A DNA stretch of 64,000 bases, taken from positions 64,001 to 128,000 of the forward strand of contig CAWCAG010000001.1 in NCBI GenBank assembly GCA_963793425.1, written 5' to 3'. The notes beneath the pieces are model-generated. The model saw only the letters and a program-made list of their open reading frames with translations, searched no databases and was not told the DNA's origin. The translations under genes and the position numbers were made by a program. Positions 1 through 10,957 of this stretch are shown here, one piece after another. The stretch comes from an uncultured cyanobacterium (GTDB lineage Bacteria > Cyanobacteriota > Cyanobacteriia > Cyanobacteriales > CAWCAG01). Positions within the stretch are counted from its first letter, which is position 1, and each line of letters begins with the position of its first letter.

Positions 1-891
1 GAAGAGTTTGAACTAGAACAAGGCTTAACCCTACAAGATATTCGTTCTCAGCAAGAACAACCTTTTAATGTCGCTTATAACCAACTGCGACAGTTCATGT
101 ATAAGCAACATCCCTACGGAGTTTCAGTCTTAGGGACACAAGAAACCGTTTCTCAATTAACGCGCCAGGACTTACAAGAGTTTCACCAAAATTTTTTCCA
201 GCCTAGTAAAATGGTAGTAAGTATTTCCGGTCGCCTGAAACCGGAAGCAGCTTTTAAATTAGTACAAGAAACCTTCGGAGATTGGCAAGTTTCCTCAAAG
301 TCCCCTTCGCCTCACGAAATCCCTAATCTTGAATCTCAACCAGAAGCCGGAACCATAACTCAAGATACCCAACAAAGTATTGTTATCTTAGGCTATCTCG
401 CTTCATCTGTTTATCAACCTGACTTTTTTGCCCTCAAACTCCTCAACACCTATTTAGGCAATGGTTTGTCAAGTCGTTTATTTGTAGAATTGCGAGAAAA
501 GCGAGGCTTAGCCTATGATGTCTCCTCTTTCTATCCTACCAGAGTTGATCATTCTCAATTTGTAGTTTATATAGGAACAGCGCCAGAAAATACGGAAATT
601 GCCTTAACAGGTTTACGTCAAGAAACAAAACGTTTATGCGAAACTGAGTTAACCTCAGAAGAGTTACAAACAGCTAAAAACAAGTTGTTAGGGCAATATG
701 CGTTAGGGAAACAAACCAACTCAGAAATAGCCCAAATCTATGGTTGGTATGAAACCCTTAATTTAGGAGTTGATTTTGACGTTCAGTTTCAAGAAGAAAT
801 TGCCAAAGTAACTCCTCAACTTGGCCAAGAAACGGCTTGTCGCTATTTCGGTGAACCCTATGTATCTATAGTTGGGCCGGTGGGAGAATAA
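1..891 (+). CDS. M16 family (pitrilysin-like) peptidase subunit, 5' end outside the window
   Basis: Frame is open from base 1. Contains the HPYG motif and GNGLSSRLFVELREKRGLAY, typical of the M16 C-terminal domain. Confidence 0.9.
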   Translation, partial: EEFELEQGLTLQDIRSQQEQPFNVAYNQLRQFMYKQHPYGVSVLGTQETVSQLTRQDLQEFHQNFFQPSKMVVSISGRLKPEAAFKLVQETFGDWQVSSKSPSPHEIPNLESQPEAGTITQDTQQSIVILGYLASSVYQPDFFALKLLNTYLGNGLSSRLFVELREKRGLAYDVSSFYPTRVDHSQFVVYIGTAPENTEIALTGLRQETKRLCETELTSEELQTAKNKLLGQYALGKQTNSEIAQIYGWYETLNLGVDFDVQFQEEIAKVTPQLGQETACRYFGEPYVSIVGPVGE

Positions 892-941
892 GTAATAGGT
901 AATAAATTAATAACTGTAGGGCTTGCCCTTGCCCTTAGACA

Positions 942-1991
942 TCATTGATTATATAGAAAGTCTTTTAAACTTAACTGAATAGGTTCAAAAAAACTAGCAG
1001 TATACTCACTATAAACTTCTGGTAAAAATGATTTATTACTATTAATAAATAAAGTATCTCCTAAAACTTGCAAAGCCCTTTCATTAAGAGATTCGATTAA
1101 TACTTCTGGCATAGTAGCTTGACGATCTGCTATTTGTCTTAAAGCCACTTCATCCCCTGAGACAATTGCCTTAAATACGCTACGTTGTTCTTCATTAAGG
1201 CTAAGATTAAATTCTTGCCACTCTAACCATTCCTTTGGTATATAGCTTTCTCTATTTTCTGGCTCTTCTTTAATTATAGGCTGAGACTGGGGTTCTTTTT
1301 CCTGAACTAAAGTTTGAGTTTGAGTTTGAGGACTATTAAAACCAGACTCCAACTGCTTTTTATAACTAGCTAAATTATGAAGATATTCATTGATTTGGTT
1401 ACGTTGTTTTTGCTTTTCAGAAATTTGTTTACGTAGTCTCTCTAACTCCCCTCGCGATTGGTTGAGGCGGTTTTCTAACTCCCTAATTTGGCCATTTCTC
1501 ACTGTAAGGGATAAAGTCATTTCTGAACCAAGCTTTTCAAGCTGTTGTACTTGCTCCTGGCGCTGCCGTAGACTTGTTTCAAGCTCTTGCTTTTGTTGCT
1601 GAATGTAGCCAAGCTCTTGATAGAGAGTGTTACGTTGGTTGTGTAATTCTGAAACCCTACTTAGTAAATGATTTGATTCAGTGTGTAGAGCATAGTTTCT
1701 CGCTTCTACTTCTTGAATAATTTCTGTAGCCGCTGATAAAGATTGTTGTATTTGAACTTCTTCTGCTTCTAGTTCTTGAATTTCGTCATAAAGATGGAAA
1801 CGAAGCTGTTTTTCTTGTCTGATCCGGTTCTGTTTCGCAATTATGACTCCTAAATAAGCAGAAGGAACGGTTATTATCCCGGTTAAAAGCGCTTTAGCAA
1901 AGTCACGTTGAAGGAATAATCCTAGTCCAAAACTTACACCGAAGGCAACCGAACCTAAAACGAGCTGATTAACTGGCTTGCTGAATCTCAT
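942..1991 (-). CDS. Membrane-anchored coiled-coil protein with a C-terminal TerB_C domain
   Basis: Two N-terminal hydrophobic helices, a long Q/E/L coiled coil, and C-terminal MPEVLIESLNERALQVLGDTL typical of TerB_C. Confidence 0.7.
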   Translation of the reverse strand: MRFSKPVNQLVLGSVAFGVSFGLGLFLQRDFAKALLTGIITVPSAYLGVIIAKQNRIRQEKQLRFHLYDEIQELEAEEVQIQQSLSAATEIIQEVEARNYALHTESNHLLSRVSELHNQRNTLYQELGYIQQQKQELETSLRQRQEQVQQLEKLGSEMTLSLTVRNGQIRELENRLNQSRGELERLRKQISEKQKQRNQINEYLHNLASYKKQLESGFNSPQTQTQTLVQEKEPQSQPIIKEEPENRESYIPKEWLEWQEFNLSLNEEQRSVFKAIVSGDEVALRQIADRQATMPEVLIESLNERALQVLGDTLFINSNKSFLPEVYSEYTASFFEPIQLSLKDFLYNQ

Positions 1992-2233
1992 ATTTCAGAC
2001 AGAGCAATGATCCCTAAAAATGGTGTCTATGTGCTGAATTTATCTTATTGTTGCCTATTACCCTTATTATTTTGCCACAGGAGAGCAAACTAAGTAGCAA
2101 GGAGGAGGCTTTTTATCCATCGCAGAACTTAATTAGTCATGGTTTGATGACTAAGTATTCCCTAGCCTCAAGTTCTGAAAAAATACTGGTTGTTTGTTGC
2201 TAAGGAACGTAAAAGGGACTTATTGACAGAATT

Positions 2234-2272
2234 ATAGCGCCATACCTACTTTAATCGTAGATACGGCGCTAT
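2234..2272. repeat. Intergenic inverted repeat (ATAGCGCC...GGCGCTAT), REP-like palindrome or terminator
   Basis: 16-bp arms with 2 mismatches and a 7-nt loop. Confidence 0.6.
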
Positions 2273-2417
2273 TAAAATTGTTTTTATTATGTTTAGGGTC
2301 TTTATATTGGCTGACCCCATTTGAAGCACTCTTTGATTTTGCCAGCAATTAAGCTGTTTTCCTGGATTTATTAATAATTTCTTTATATTTCATTTGATTA
2401 AATTTCGTTATTTAAGG

Positions 2418-2945
2418 TTAATTTTTACTAATTTGCTGAAGTGAGACCCCTAATGCCTTAGATAGCCAAACCTCAAAAGAACGGATAGGATAAGAACGAG
2501 CAACAATCGCAGGATCAACCATCGGTTCAACCAAGATAGTAAACATACCCTGGCGATTTCCGGCCAAAACATCTGTAAACAAGCGATCGCCTACCATTGC
2601 AACTTGCTTGACTGGCAAGCCCATTTCTTGGGCAGCTTGCTTTAATTTACGTCGAGAGGGCTTTTTCGCAGCCAGCAAATAGGGCAAATCAAGTTCTTTG
2701 GCAATATTACCGATTCGAGTTTCACTAAGGTTATTGCTTACTAACCAGATTTGTGCCAATTTCCTCGTTTCTTCGATCCACAGGGCAACATCAGGGGAAA
2801 CCTGCTTGATTTTAATGGGAACGAGGGTTTCATCTACATCTAAAATTAGACCCTTAAGATTGTACTGTTGGAGTATATCTGGAGTAATACCAATTACCGG
2901 ACCTTCTAGAACTAAGTCAGGTTGTAAGTTTGATGCCCAAGCCAT
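2418..2945 (-). CDS. yqeG: YqeG family HAD IIIA phosphatase
   Basis: DVDETL motif I, VSNN, KP and GDRLFTDVLAGNR; lies downstream of mltG. Confidence 0.9.
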   Translation of the reverse strand: MAWASNLQPDLVLEGPVIGITPDILQQYNLKGLILDVDETLVPIKIKQVSPDVALWIEETRKLAQIWLVSNNLSETRIGNIAKELDLPYLLAAKKPSRRKLKQAAQEMGLPVKQVAMVGDRLFTDVLAGNRQGMFTILVEPMVDPAIVARSYPIRSFEVWLSKALGVSLQQISKN

Positions 2946-3001
2946 AGTTTTTTTAGTTATTTTGAGAGTGATAATTTGTTATGGATTACTAACAACTTAA
3001 C

Positions 3002-4075
3002 CTACTGCTGGGCCTCTCTTTGTTGGCGAATAGCATTTTTAGCGGCTTCATGTTCTTGCACAGTTTTACTAAAAAAGTGAGTTCCATCGTAGCGGGCGAC
3101 AAAATAGAGATAAGGGGTGTCTTCAGGATTAAGGGCAGCTTTGAGACTAGCTGAACCAGGATTAGCAATAGGAGTAGGAGGAAGACCAGGATTAAGATAG
3201 GTATTATAGGGAGAAGGAGTCTTAACTTGAGCAAAGCTTAGGGGTTGATCAGCGGTTTGTTGAATATTCAAACCGTATTCAACGGTAGGATCAGTTTCTA
3301 GTTTCATACCTTGCCGTAAACGGTTAATAAAGACTCCGGCAATAGTAGAACGTTCTTCATCTATTACTGCTTCTTTTTCGACAATACTGGCTAGACTGAG
3401 CCATTGATAAAAAGTTAGTCTCTTGCTTTCCCCTTGTTGATATATAGGTAAAGCCACCTCTTCAAAGCGCTTTAACATCATCTCAATAACTTGTTCAGGA
3501 GTGACGCGATCGCTAGCTAATTGATAGGTATCTGGATATAAAAAACCTTCTAAATGGGGTATATCCTGGGGTAACCAAGCATATTCTGCTTGAGGATTTT
3601 GTCTGGTGGCGCTAACAAAATCCTCCGAAGGAAAATAGCCGAGGGATTCAAAATAGCTAGCCATTTGCTTGATTGTCCAACCTTCAGGGATAGTAAACTT
3701 AAGTTGAATTACATCCCCCTGCCAAATAGTACGAGCAATTTTGGGTAAAGATTCTGTGGGAGAAACCTTATAAGTACCAGCTTTGAAATGCCCTGTTGGT
3801 TCTTTTAATTTCATTTGCCATGCCCACAACTGCCAAGCCTGACTAGATTTAATTAAATCAGCAGCTTGTAAATCTTGGCCAATTTGTTTAGTGGCAGTTC
3901 CAGCAGGAACATTTATTTGGACTGTTTCATCTGCTTCAGTGGTTTGGGAATTAGACTGAGTTTTAGCAAAAGTTGGGGAAATAGCCCAACTAAACCAACT
4001 CCAACCTTGCAAAGCACAAAAACTCAAGAAAATGGGCAAAACAATTAAATAATAAAACCATTTAAAAACTTTCAT
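3002..4075 (-). CDS. mltG: Endolytic transglycosylase MltG (YceG)
   Basis: TIPEG, LEGFLYPDTY, LASIVEKE and SPYNTYLNPGLPPTPIANPG motifs. Confidence 0.95.
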   Translation of the reverse strand: MKVFKWFYYLIVLPIFLSFCALQGWSWFSWAISPTFAKTQSNSQTTEADETVQINVPAGTATKQIGQDLQAADLIKSSQAWQLWAWQMKLKEPTGHFKAGTYKVSPTESLPKIARTIWQGDVIQLKFTIPEGWTIKQMASYFESLGYFPSEDFVSATRQNPQAEYAWLPQDIPHLEGFLYPDTYQLASDRVTPEQVIEMMLKRFEEVALPIYQQGESKRLTFYQWLSLASIVEKEAVIDEERSTIAGVFINRLRQGMKLETDPTVEYGLNIQQTADQPLSFAQVKTPSPYNTYLNPGLPPTPIANPGSASLKAALNPEDTPYLYFVARYDGTHFFSKTVQEHEAAKNAIRQQREAQQ

Positions 4076-4173
4076 TTCCTAGCCAGTTAAAAGTAAACTA
4101 CTGCCATTGAATCAAAGATTACTGTTGTGGACTCTAACTTAAGAAATAAATACAAGCTTAAGTTACCGAGGAA

Positions 4174-4746
4174 TTAATCCATGCCTTCAAAAAGCAATTC
4201 CTCAAGAAATGGTTGCAATAGTTTAAACTCTTCTGGTGAAGTCAACTCTAGTTGATTACCATAGGTAGTTTTAGCAAAAAACAGTAAAGGAGCCAAGGGA
4301 GTATAGATTTCGTATTCCTTACCATGATGATAAAAAGTTGCTAAGAACTGGTATTCCTCAGCTTCTGAGTCACCTTCCTCTTCTTCAATTTCTAGGATAA
4401 GGATATCATCTTCGGAGGTTGAAGGTAGTTCTCCAGTCGCTGTTAAAGTAAAGGCACTGTGTTGAAGAGTTAAGTTATGTTCAGCTAATACTGCTTTGGC
4501 ATCTCCAAAAATTTCTTTAATTTCTGCCTCATCTTCCAGCCAGACAGCGCCAGAGTCTTCGTGATCATTGTCCCAAGCAATAATTGTTACTGCTGCAGCT
4601 ATGGGCATAAGCATTAAATAAGTTGAGCCTTCGATTTCAAAAGAACGCTCTACATAACAATCAAGTGATCGCTCATCTTCATCAATTAGGGTGACAATTT
4701 CCGTGTCAGATTGATCGTTCTCATTGGGAAATTGGGACAGGGACAT
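4174..4746 (-). CDS. DUF3727 domain protein
   Basis: Acidic protein with DAKAVLAEHNLTL and YEIYTPL, in the usual position upstream of mltG. ATG at 4746 preferred as start. Confidence 0.8.
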   Translation of the reverse strand: MSLSQFPNENDQSDTEIVTLIDEDERSLDCYVERSFEIEGSTYLMLMPIAAAVTIIAWDNDHEDSGAVWLEDEAEIKEIFGDAKAVLAEHNLTLQHSAFTLTATGELPSTSEDDILILEIEEEEGDSEAEEYQFLATFYHHGKEYEIYTPLAPLLFFAKTTYGNQLELTSPEEFKLLQPFLEELLFEGMD

Positions 4747-4919
4747 ACTTTCAATAAATATTATGCTGTGGGTAGCTAACAATCTAATTAAGTTGCTAGA
4801 CAGTTAAATGTTTAATCTTATCATGTCGAAGCCTACCTGATAGCTAGTTAAGTTTTATGAGTATAAAGAATTGGCTGGGGAGCTGGGGGGCTGGGGAGAA
4901 AACTAATGGCAACTAGCAA

Positions 4920-7900
4920 CTAGCCACGACAAAGATTATCCCGCAAACTCTTTTCTTGCTGTTTAACTGCTGCTAATAGTTCGGCGTGTTGAATAATTAC
5001 CCCAGCTTGGGAGTTGAAAATATCCATATACTTTTCATCATTTTGGTCAAAGCTTGTACATAAATATTCCGGTATCTCTTCGTTGCCTTCCCTGTAGGGT
5101 TCAGCATAGTCTCCAAAGAGTTTCTTATTAACCAATTGAGTGACCCCAATCAAATCCCCATCAGGATTCCAAACCGGAGTACAAAGTAAGCTACAGGTAC
5201 GATAACCAGTCTTGCTATCGGTCTTTTTGGCAATTTCCGATTGGGGATGGGTGTACAAATCAAAGGGGATATTCAAAGACTCTTTGGTTCGAGCAACAGA
5301 ACCGGCATAACCAACTCCCACTTTAATCCGTAATTCTTTGAGAGAACCATCTTCAAAAGGAATTTTCGTCCACAATTCATTGCTACGGAGATCCAATAAC
5401 CAAAGGGTGCTGCGGTCAGAGTTAATTAATTCTTTCGCTGCTTCCATAACTCGCTTGAGTATATCCTCTGGTTCTAGGGTACTTTGGTTAACAGAACGAG
5501 TAGCAGCCATTAAAGCAGCGGCTACCCTCTGCCCCCTAGCTGTTTTGTGGTAGGAACGGAAGCTTTCTAAAATCATTTGGATGAGGGGAACTTGGGAGGC
5601 AAAACGTTCTTCATCTTTAGGAGTGAATCCCTCTTGGTCAATTCTTGCTTCTAAAGGGGCATTTTGATCACTAAAACGTTTCAGTTTGTTGAGACATTGA
5701 ACAACAGCAAATAAATCTCCTTGCTCGTTTAAAAGAGGGAAATTTAGCATACTGTAGGTACGATAGCCATTTTTACGATCTTGTTCTTTGGCTGTGAGGG
5801 AACGGGGGTCGTCGTAAAAATCGTAGGGAATATTCATAACTTTCTTGCTAGCAGCCACTTCCCCCACAATACCTTTGGTGATGGGAATGCGAATTTCTAG
5901 GGAGCGATCGCCTTCTGCTTGGGCGACAATTGACCAAAATTCATCTCTTTCTTCATCAAGGAGGAAAATACTGGTACGATCTGCTTCAACAGATTTACCA
6001 AGTTTTTGAGAAATGGAACGCAAAGTAGAGTCCATAACTTCATCGAAACCCTGACTTTCCATTACTTGGGTTAACATGGCTAAGGTTTGACTAACCACAT
6101 TTTGGGGATTACCTTCTGCTTGTTCTTTCATGGCAGCGAATTTTTTGGCGTTTTGAATAGCGACCCCAACTTGAGAATTGAATATTTGCATATATTTTTG
6201 GGAGTTGGCATCGAAGCTTGCTTGAAAACATTCCGGTGCTTCTGGCCAGTCAACAGGATTATATGTAGGAAAATTTCCTGGTTTCCTTTTATTTACGAGT
6301 TGAGTAACGCCAATTAGTTCCCCATCAGGACTCCAAACAGGCATACACAAGAGGCTACAGGTGCGATAACCGGTTTTTTGGTCGGTTTCTTGGGCTGTTT
6401 CGGAGTCTATATGGTTGTAGAGGTCAAAACCAATGTTTAAAGGCTCTTCTGTGGCAGCAACTTTCCCGGCATAACCTTGACCTACTTGTACTTCTAATTC
6501 CTTGACGCTACCATCTTCAAAAAGAATTTTTGTCCATAATTTGTCAGCTTCCCTGTCTAATAACCATAAAGTGCTACGGTCGGCATTCATCAATTTTTTA
6601 GCCGCATTCATAACATTGTGAATCACCTCATCGGAGTCGAGACTACTTTGGGAAACGACTCGGGTAGCAAAGGTGAGGGCTTCGGAGGCTTGTAATCTTT
6701 GGGTTAATTTATAGCAGTATTGACATCTTTCAATGATTCGTAAAAGTTCTGGTGCATATTCACTAAATTGCTTTTGGTCAGCTTCGTTAAAACCTTCGCG
6801 ATCAATACGATTAATTAAGGATTCAGTGGGATGATTGTTTTCTTCTAACTTGTTAATTAAGTTAACAACTGCAACTAATTTATTATGTTTATTTAATAAA
6901 GGGACAGCTAAAAGAGTATAGGTGGGATAACCTGTTTGTAAATCGACATTTTCCGGTTTTTCAAAGTTACTATCTTGGGCATAACCAAAAGGCACTTTGA
7001 CCATCTCTTTTAAACTTGTAACCAAATCAACAATTTCGCGATTAGCACTAACTTCTACTTCAGAGCCAAAATAGTTACTTTGATTCCGGGCAATAATTGA
7101 CCAAATTTCACTTTTTTCTTCATCAATTAAATAGATGTTAATGCGATCAACACAAAGCAAATCGCTCATTTTTAAGGTAATAGAACCTAAAATTTCATCG
7201 AGGATATAATCAAAGCCTTTCCCTTCCATAAAGTTAAGCATGGAGAGGAGTTTTTGCTCTTGTTTGGCTACTACTTGCATAAAGTCAGCGTGCAAATTAG
7301 CTAAAGCTTTATTAACCCAATTCCAATTGAATACAGCAGCATAAATGCGATTATAAATACTTAAAATAGGGGTGGACTCTTTCTTCCCTAACCATCTTTT
7401 AACCACCAAACCAGAAAGCCGTAATTCCATTTGTTCAGGAGTTTCTTCAGCAGGAATTTCTCCTAAATTACTTTCTTCGGTAGCAGATTGGGCAGAAAGT
7501 AAAATTTGCTGATAAAGCTGCAAAAGAGGGCCACTCCTTTGACCAATTCTTAAGATGCGATCGCGGATAGTTTTCAAATGAGGCGGATCATCAGTGGCTT
7601 CCCAGTTATCAATGATGCGTCTGCGGACGATATCTTCTACCCACCTAGCAATATCACGACCATAAACATCTCCTTCATTTTCTACTTCTTGTAAGATTAA
7701 ATAACAAATTTTTTGGGTTAAAAAAGGTTGTCCTCCAGTCCAATATAAAACCGCTTCTAATACTTCCTGGGGCTGACTAACTTTTCCTTCTAAACCTTTA
7801 GCTAAAGGTTGGGCTTCTGCTAAGTTGAAGCCATTTAATTCAATGCCACGACCAATATTAAAAGGAGTACAAGTTTTATCTTGAATCAAATCCGAAGGAG

Positions 7901-8450
7901 TTGCTACCCCTAATAAAGCAAAAGTAAGGCGTTGATATTCAATACAAGCGCGGATAAAAGCAAAAAAATCATCAGTACTAAAATTTAAGCTGAGAATACT
8001 ATCAATTTCATCAATAAAAATAACAATTTTGCCCGGTACAGATTCTAATAAAACCTGTTCAATAAACTCGCTTAAACGCTGTACCGGGGGGAGAAATTCT
8101 CTTTCTTTTAGCCAACGTTGCAGTTTGATGCGATCAGCTAATTTAAAATTCATGACTAAGCGTCGCATCACCCCGGCATACCATTGTTCTGGGGTAATAT
8201 CCTGGGAACCAATTTTAGTTAAATCAACAGCCCCACAAGCTACACCTTCTGCTTGCAAGCGGTGCATCGTCCTCACCCGCAAGCTAGTTTTACCCATTTG
8301 TCGCGAATTAAGAACGTAGCAAAATTCCCCTGCTTTTAACCCTTGATATAATTCCTGATCCGCTTGGCGTACCACATAAGTAGGAGCATCTAAATGTAGA
8401 TGTCCACCAACTTTGTAGCTATAATTTAAGGTTCGCTCTTGACTTATCAT
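4920..8450 (-). CDS. AAA_35 (STAND-like) NTPase fused to four CyaB/PDE-type GAF domains
   Basis: Walker A SRQMGKTS, Walker B IFIDEID and [10 protein letters not shown]. Repeated [10 protein letters not shown]...[11 protein letters not shown]...LVNK...F..DE GAF motifs. No cyclase or kinase domain. Confidence 0.85.
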   Translation of the reverse strand: MISQERTLNYSYKVGGHLHLDAPTYVVRQADQELYQGLKAGEFCYVLNSRQMGKTSLRVRTMHRLQAEGVACGAVDLTKIGSQDITPEQWYAGVMRRLVMNFKLADRIKLQRWLKEREFLPPVQRLSEFIEQVLLESVPGKIVIFIDEIDSILSLNFSTDDFFAFIRACIEYQRLTFALLGVATPSDLIQDKTCTPFNIGRGIELNGFNLAEAQPLAKGLEGKVSQPQEVLEAVLYWTGGQPFLTQKICYLILQEVENEGDVYGRDIARWVEDIVRRRIIDNWEATDDPPHLKTIRDRILRIGQRSGPLLQLYQQILLSAQSATEESNLGEIPAEETPEQMELRLSGLVVKRWLGKKESTPILSIYNRIYAAVFNWNWVNKALANLHADFMQVVAKQEQKLLSMLNFMEGKGFDYILDEILGSITLKMSDLLCVDRINIYLIDEEKSEIWSIIARNQSNYFGSEVEVSANREIVDLVTSLKEMVKVPFGYAQDSNFEKPENVDLQTGYPTYTLLAVPLLNKHNKLVAVVNLINKLEENNHPTESLINRIDREGFNEADQKQFSEYAPELLRIIERCQYCYKLTQRLQASEALTFATRVVSQSSLDSDEVIHNVMNAAKKLMNADRSTLWLLDREADKLWTKILFEDGSVKELEVQVGQGYAGKVAATEEPLNIGFDLYNHIDSETAQETDQKTGYRTCSLLCMPVWSPDGELIGVTQLVNKRKPGNFPTYNPVDWPEAPECFQASFDANSQKYMQIFNSQVGVAIQNAKKFAAMKEQAEGNPQNVVSQTLAMLTQVMESQGFDEVMDSTLRSISQKLGKSVEADRTSIFLLDEERDEFWSIVAQAEGDRSLEIRIPITKGIVGEVAASKKVMNIPYDFYDDPRSLTAKEQDRKNGYRTYSMLNFPLLNEQGDLFAVVQCLNKLKRFSDQNAPLEARIDQEGFTPKDEERFASQVPLIQMILESFRSYHKTARGQRVAAALMAATRSVNQSTLEPEDILKRVMEAAKELINSDRSTLWLLDLRSNELWTKIPFEDGSLKELRIKVGVGYAGSVARTKESLNIPFDLYTHPQSEIAKKTDSKTGYRTCSLLCTPVWNPDGDLIGVTQLVNKKLFGDYAEPYREGNEEIPEYLCTSFDQNDEKYMDIFNSQAGVIIQHAELLAAVKQQEKSLRDNLCRG

Positions 8451-8598
8451 GGGTCATTTATCATTGTTGGCGTTTCGCGTAGTCTGGCGACAATGCTCCG
8501 CAAACGTGTAAACGTTGTCGTATTTACTATGCGTTGCCGTAGGCTAGCCTTGCGCCCTGGCTACATTAAACATTAAACGTTAAACATTTATCAATTAA

Positions 8599-10431
8599 TT
8601 AATTTCCTAGGCGATCACTAAAATATTGACGATATAATTCAAAGCGGGGTGTTACCTCATTTCCTTTTAAGTGGACTAAGCCGAGACTGTGTAACTTAAA
8701 TGCTAGTACAGATTCCAACTCCACGGGTTTTCTCATTGTTACTACTTGACTTAAAGCCAGTGCCAACTCTGGATGTTGTTGTAAGTTCCAAAGGTGGCGA
8801 CGCAAGTGATCTCCATAAATACCTGCTTCTGTAGGAGCAGTTTCTGATAGCTTTTTTAGGCTAAGCTGATGTTTAACTAGATGATAGAGAGCGACCTGTA
8901 CTAGATAGGGATGTCCTCCCACAATATTCATCAACTGTTCCACTTGCTCTGAGTGCCAGTTAAGTCCGTAACGTTGAGCAAGATCAGCCACTTGAGGGTT
9001 AGTAAATTCCCTTAATTCAATGGGTAATCCTACATTAAAGGGGGATTGATTAACATTCAAGGGTAGATATACCTCTGTTGAATGTACTACCACTAACCTC
9101 AGCTTCTCCCAGAGATCGCTGTCACCATAACCATAGCCAGCCTCTTCGTACCAAGCCCTTAAAAGTCCGAAAAAGTCATCGGCTACTTTAGGATATTGAA
9201 AAACTCGGTCAACTTCATCTAAGCCTAAGACTAAAGGGCTATCAGCTTCTGGTAAAAGTAGATCCTCAAAAATGGCCGTGCAGTTATCTTTGCTGCCGTA
9301 GGTATCTGTCCAGTAATCATCTACTTTATAGGGTAAACGCAATTTACGGCAAATTTTAGTACAAAACCAGCGTAGAAGCTGATTGAGGTTGGTGAATACT
9401 CCCTTATCTGCGTGTTGGAAGCTTAAGGGGACGGTACGATAGCCTTGTTCTTTGGCTTGGTAAAGAATTCTGGCCATTAAGGAAGTCTTACCCATTTGGC
9501 GTGGTGCTTTGAGGCGTATTAAAGCCCCTGGTTTAACAATTTCCTGGTAACATTGTTCTTCTCCAGGAACCCTTTTGACATAAAAAGCAGAAGCTAGGCG
9601 TACTTGTCCTTTGGGCAATTCTGGTTCAGCGACAGGTAAAGGAGGAGGAGTAGGAGTAGGGCTGAGATGATAAGTTGGAGTTGCTTCATCAATTAGGGGG
9701 AGACACCATCCCCCCTGACCAGACAAAATATTGCTAATCTCTTGGATAATACCAGGAGTATCTTCTGGCGATCGCCAATCTCTTTGATAAGTCCCTTGAA
9801 GGTATCTACGGAGGTCGTGGTTAAGGGGAACTGTAGGGGGACAGTTGATTCTTACGGTAAGGATAATCGGTTTAGTTTGTAAATCTTTGTCTTTAGCTTG
9901 TCTCAACTCCTCAATTAACATTTCGCTTGTTGCTGCTTGGGGAGAAAGAAGGAGTAAAAAGTAATCACACTGTTCTAATTCTGAATCAATTTGTGCTAAC
10001 CAGTTTTCCTCCGTTAAACCGACACTAGCCCTAAAAGCTTGGTGTCCTGCTGTTTCTAGGGCAGTGGCTAATTGGGTAGCTAGTTCATGATCTGGTTCTT
10101 GGTGCAAATAACTAAGGAATACTCGCTTAATCTTCTGGCTGGTTTCTTCCCTGCCCTCTTCTCCTTCCTCTTCCTGGCGTTTTAAAGCCCGTTCTAAGGC
10201 CCCTCTGATTCTCTTTTTTGTTACCTTTTCCCCCAAAGCATTGGAGAGTTTTTGCCATAATTTATAACCCACATACTTTTCGATGTATTGGGGATTGAGG
10301 GGGTAAATCTCTTCATAGGTTCGTCCTTGGCACGAACCGATAAAGACTTCCCTTTCGAGGTCATTAAGATGTTTACCAACTTTTTGATAAACTAAGCGAT
10401 CTACTAATTCTAAACCTTGATCAAAATCCAT
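8599..10431 (-). CDS. N-terminal HTH + TIR + AAA_35 NTPase
   Basis: N-terminal HLNDLEREVF...LWQKLSNALGEKVTKK helical/HTH region. TIR motifs VFLSY and CDYFLLLLS...EMLIEEL. Walker A PRQMGKTS, Walker B LGLDEVD, SPFNVG and GGHPYL. Start set at ATG 10431. Confidence 0.85.
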   Translation of the reverse strand: MDFDQGLELVDRLVYQKVGKHLNDLEREVFIGSCQGRTYEEIYPLNPQYIEKYVGYKLWQKLSNALGEKVTKKRIRGALERALKRQEEEGEEGREETSQKIKRVFLSYLHQEPDHELATQLATALETAGHQAFRASVGLTEENWLAQIDSELEQCDYFLLLLSPQAATSEMLIEELRQAKDKDLQTKPIILTVRINCPPTVPLNHDLRRYLQGTYQRDWRSPEDTPGIIQEISNILSGQGGWCLPLIDEATPTYHLSPTPTPPPLPVAEPELPKGQVRLASAFYVKRVPGEEQCYQEIVKPGALIRLKAPRQMGKTSLMARILYQAKEQGYRTVPLSFQHADKGVFTNLNQLLRWFCTKICRKLRLPYKVDDYWTDTYGSKDNCTAIFEDLLLPEADSPLVLGLDEVDRVFQYPKVADDFFGLLRAWYEEAGYGYGDSDLWEKLRLVVVHSTEVYLPLNVNQSPFNVGLPIELREFTNPQVADLAQRYGLNWHSEQVEQLMNIVGGHPYLVQVALYHLVKHQLSLKKLSETAPTEAGIYGDHLRRHLWNLQQHPELALALSQVVTMRKPVELESVLAFKLHSLGLVHLKGNEVTPRFELYRQYFSDRLGN

Positions 10432-10957
10432 ATATATACTGATAAGACTATGATTGATTTTAATCTGAAATTCAAGATGAGGTAAGGGGTAAAGCAAGAA
10501 TCAAGAGTAAGTTTTCTAGAGTTTTTACTTAAAAAAAATGAACATAATTACTAATTGAATTAAGTGTTTATTCTTGAATTAATATTTTGGTTATCAGATC
10601 CTTTAAAATACTGATTCAGATCACAGCCAAGATACAGTTAATTATTTATTTTTTAGATATAGACTTTGGGGATATAAGTGCTTTCCTTAAGTTATTTTTT
10701 ATTAAGTAGTAGCTAGTATGGGGTTTTATGAGGTCTGGAATAAAGATGGTTTTTGAGATGATTTTATAGCATTAACAAGAACTAAGAAACTTATGGTATT
10801 TCCTGGTTCTCCTCCCTCAAGTATTTAGTTAAAATTATATAAAGTAAGCAATATTCAATCGTTGTTTAATTAATTAAGAAAAAACTGAAATAGTCAGAAT
10901 CAACTTAGCTATTTCAACTGGATTGAAACAAAAGTAAAGTCCACCAGGTAAACAGAA

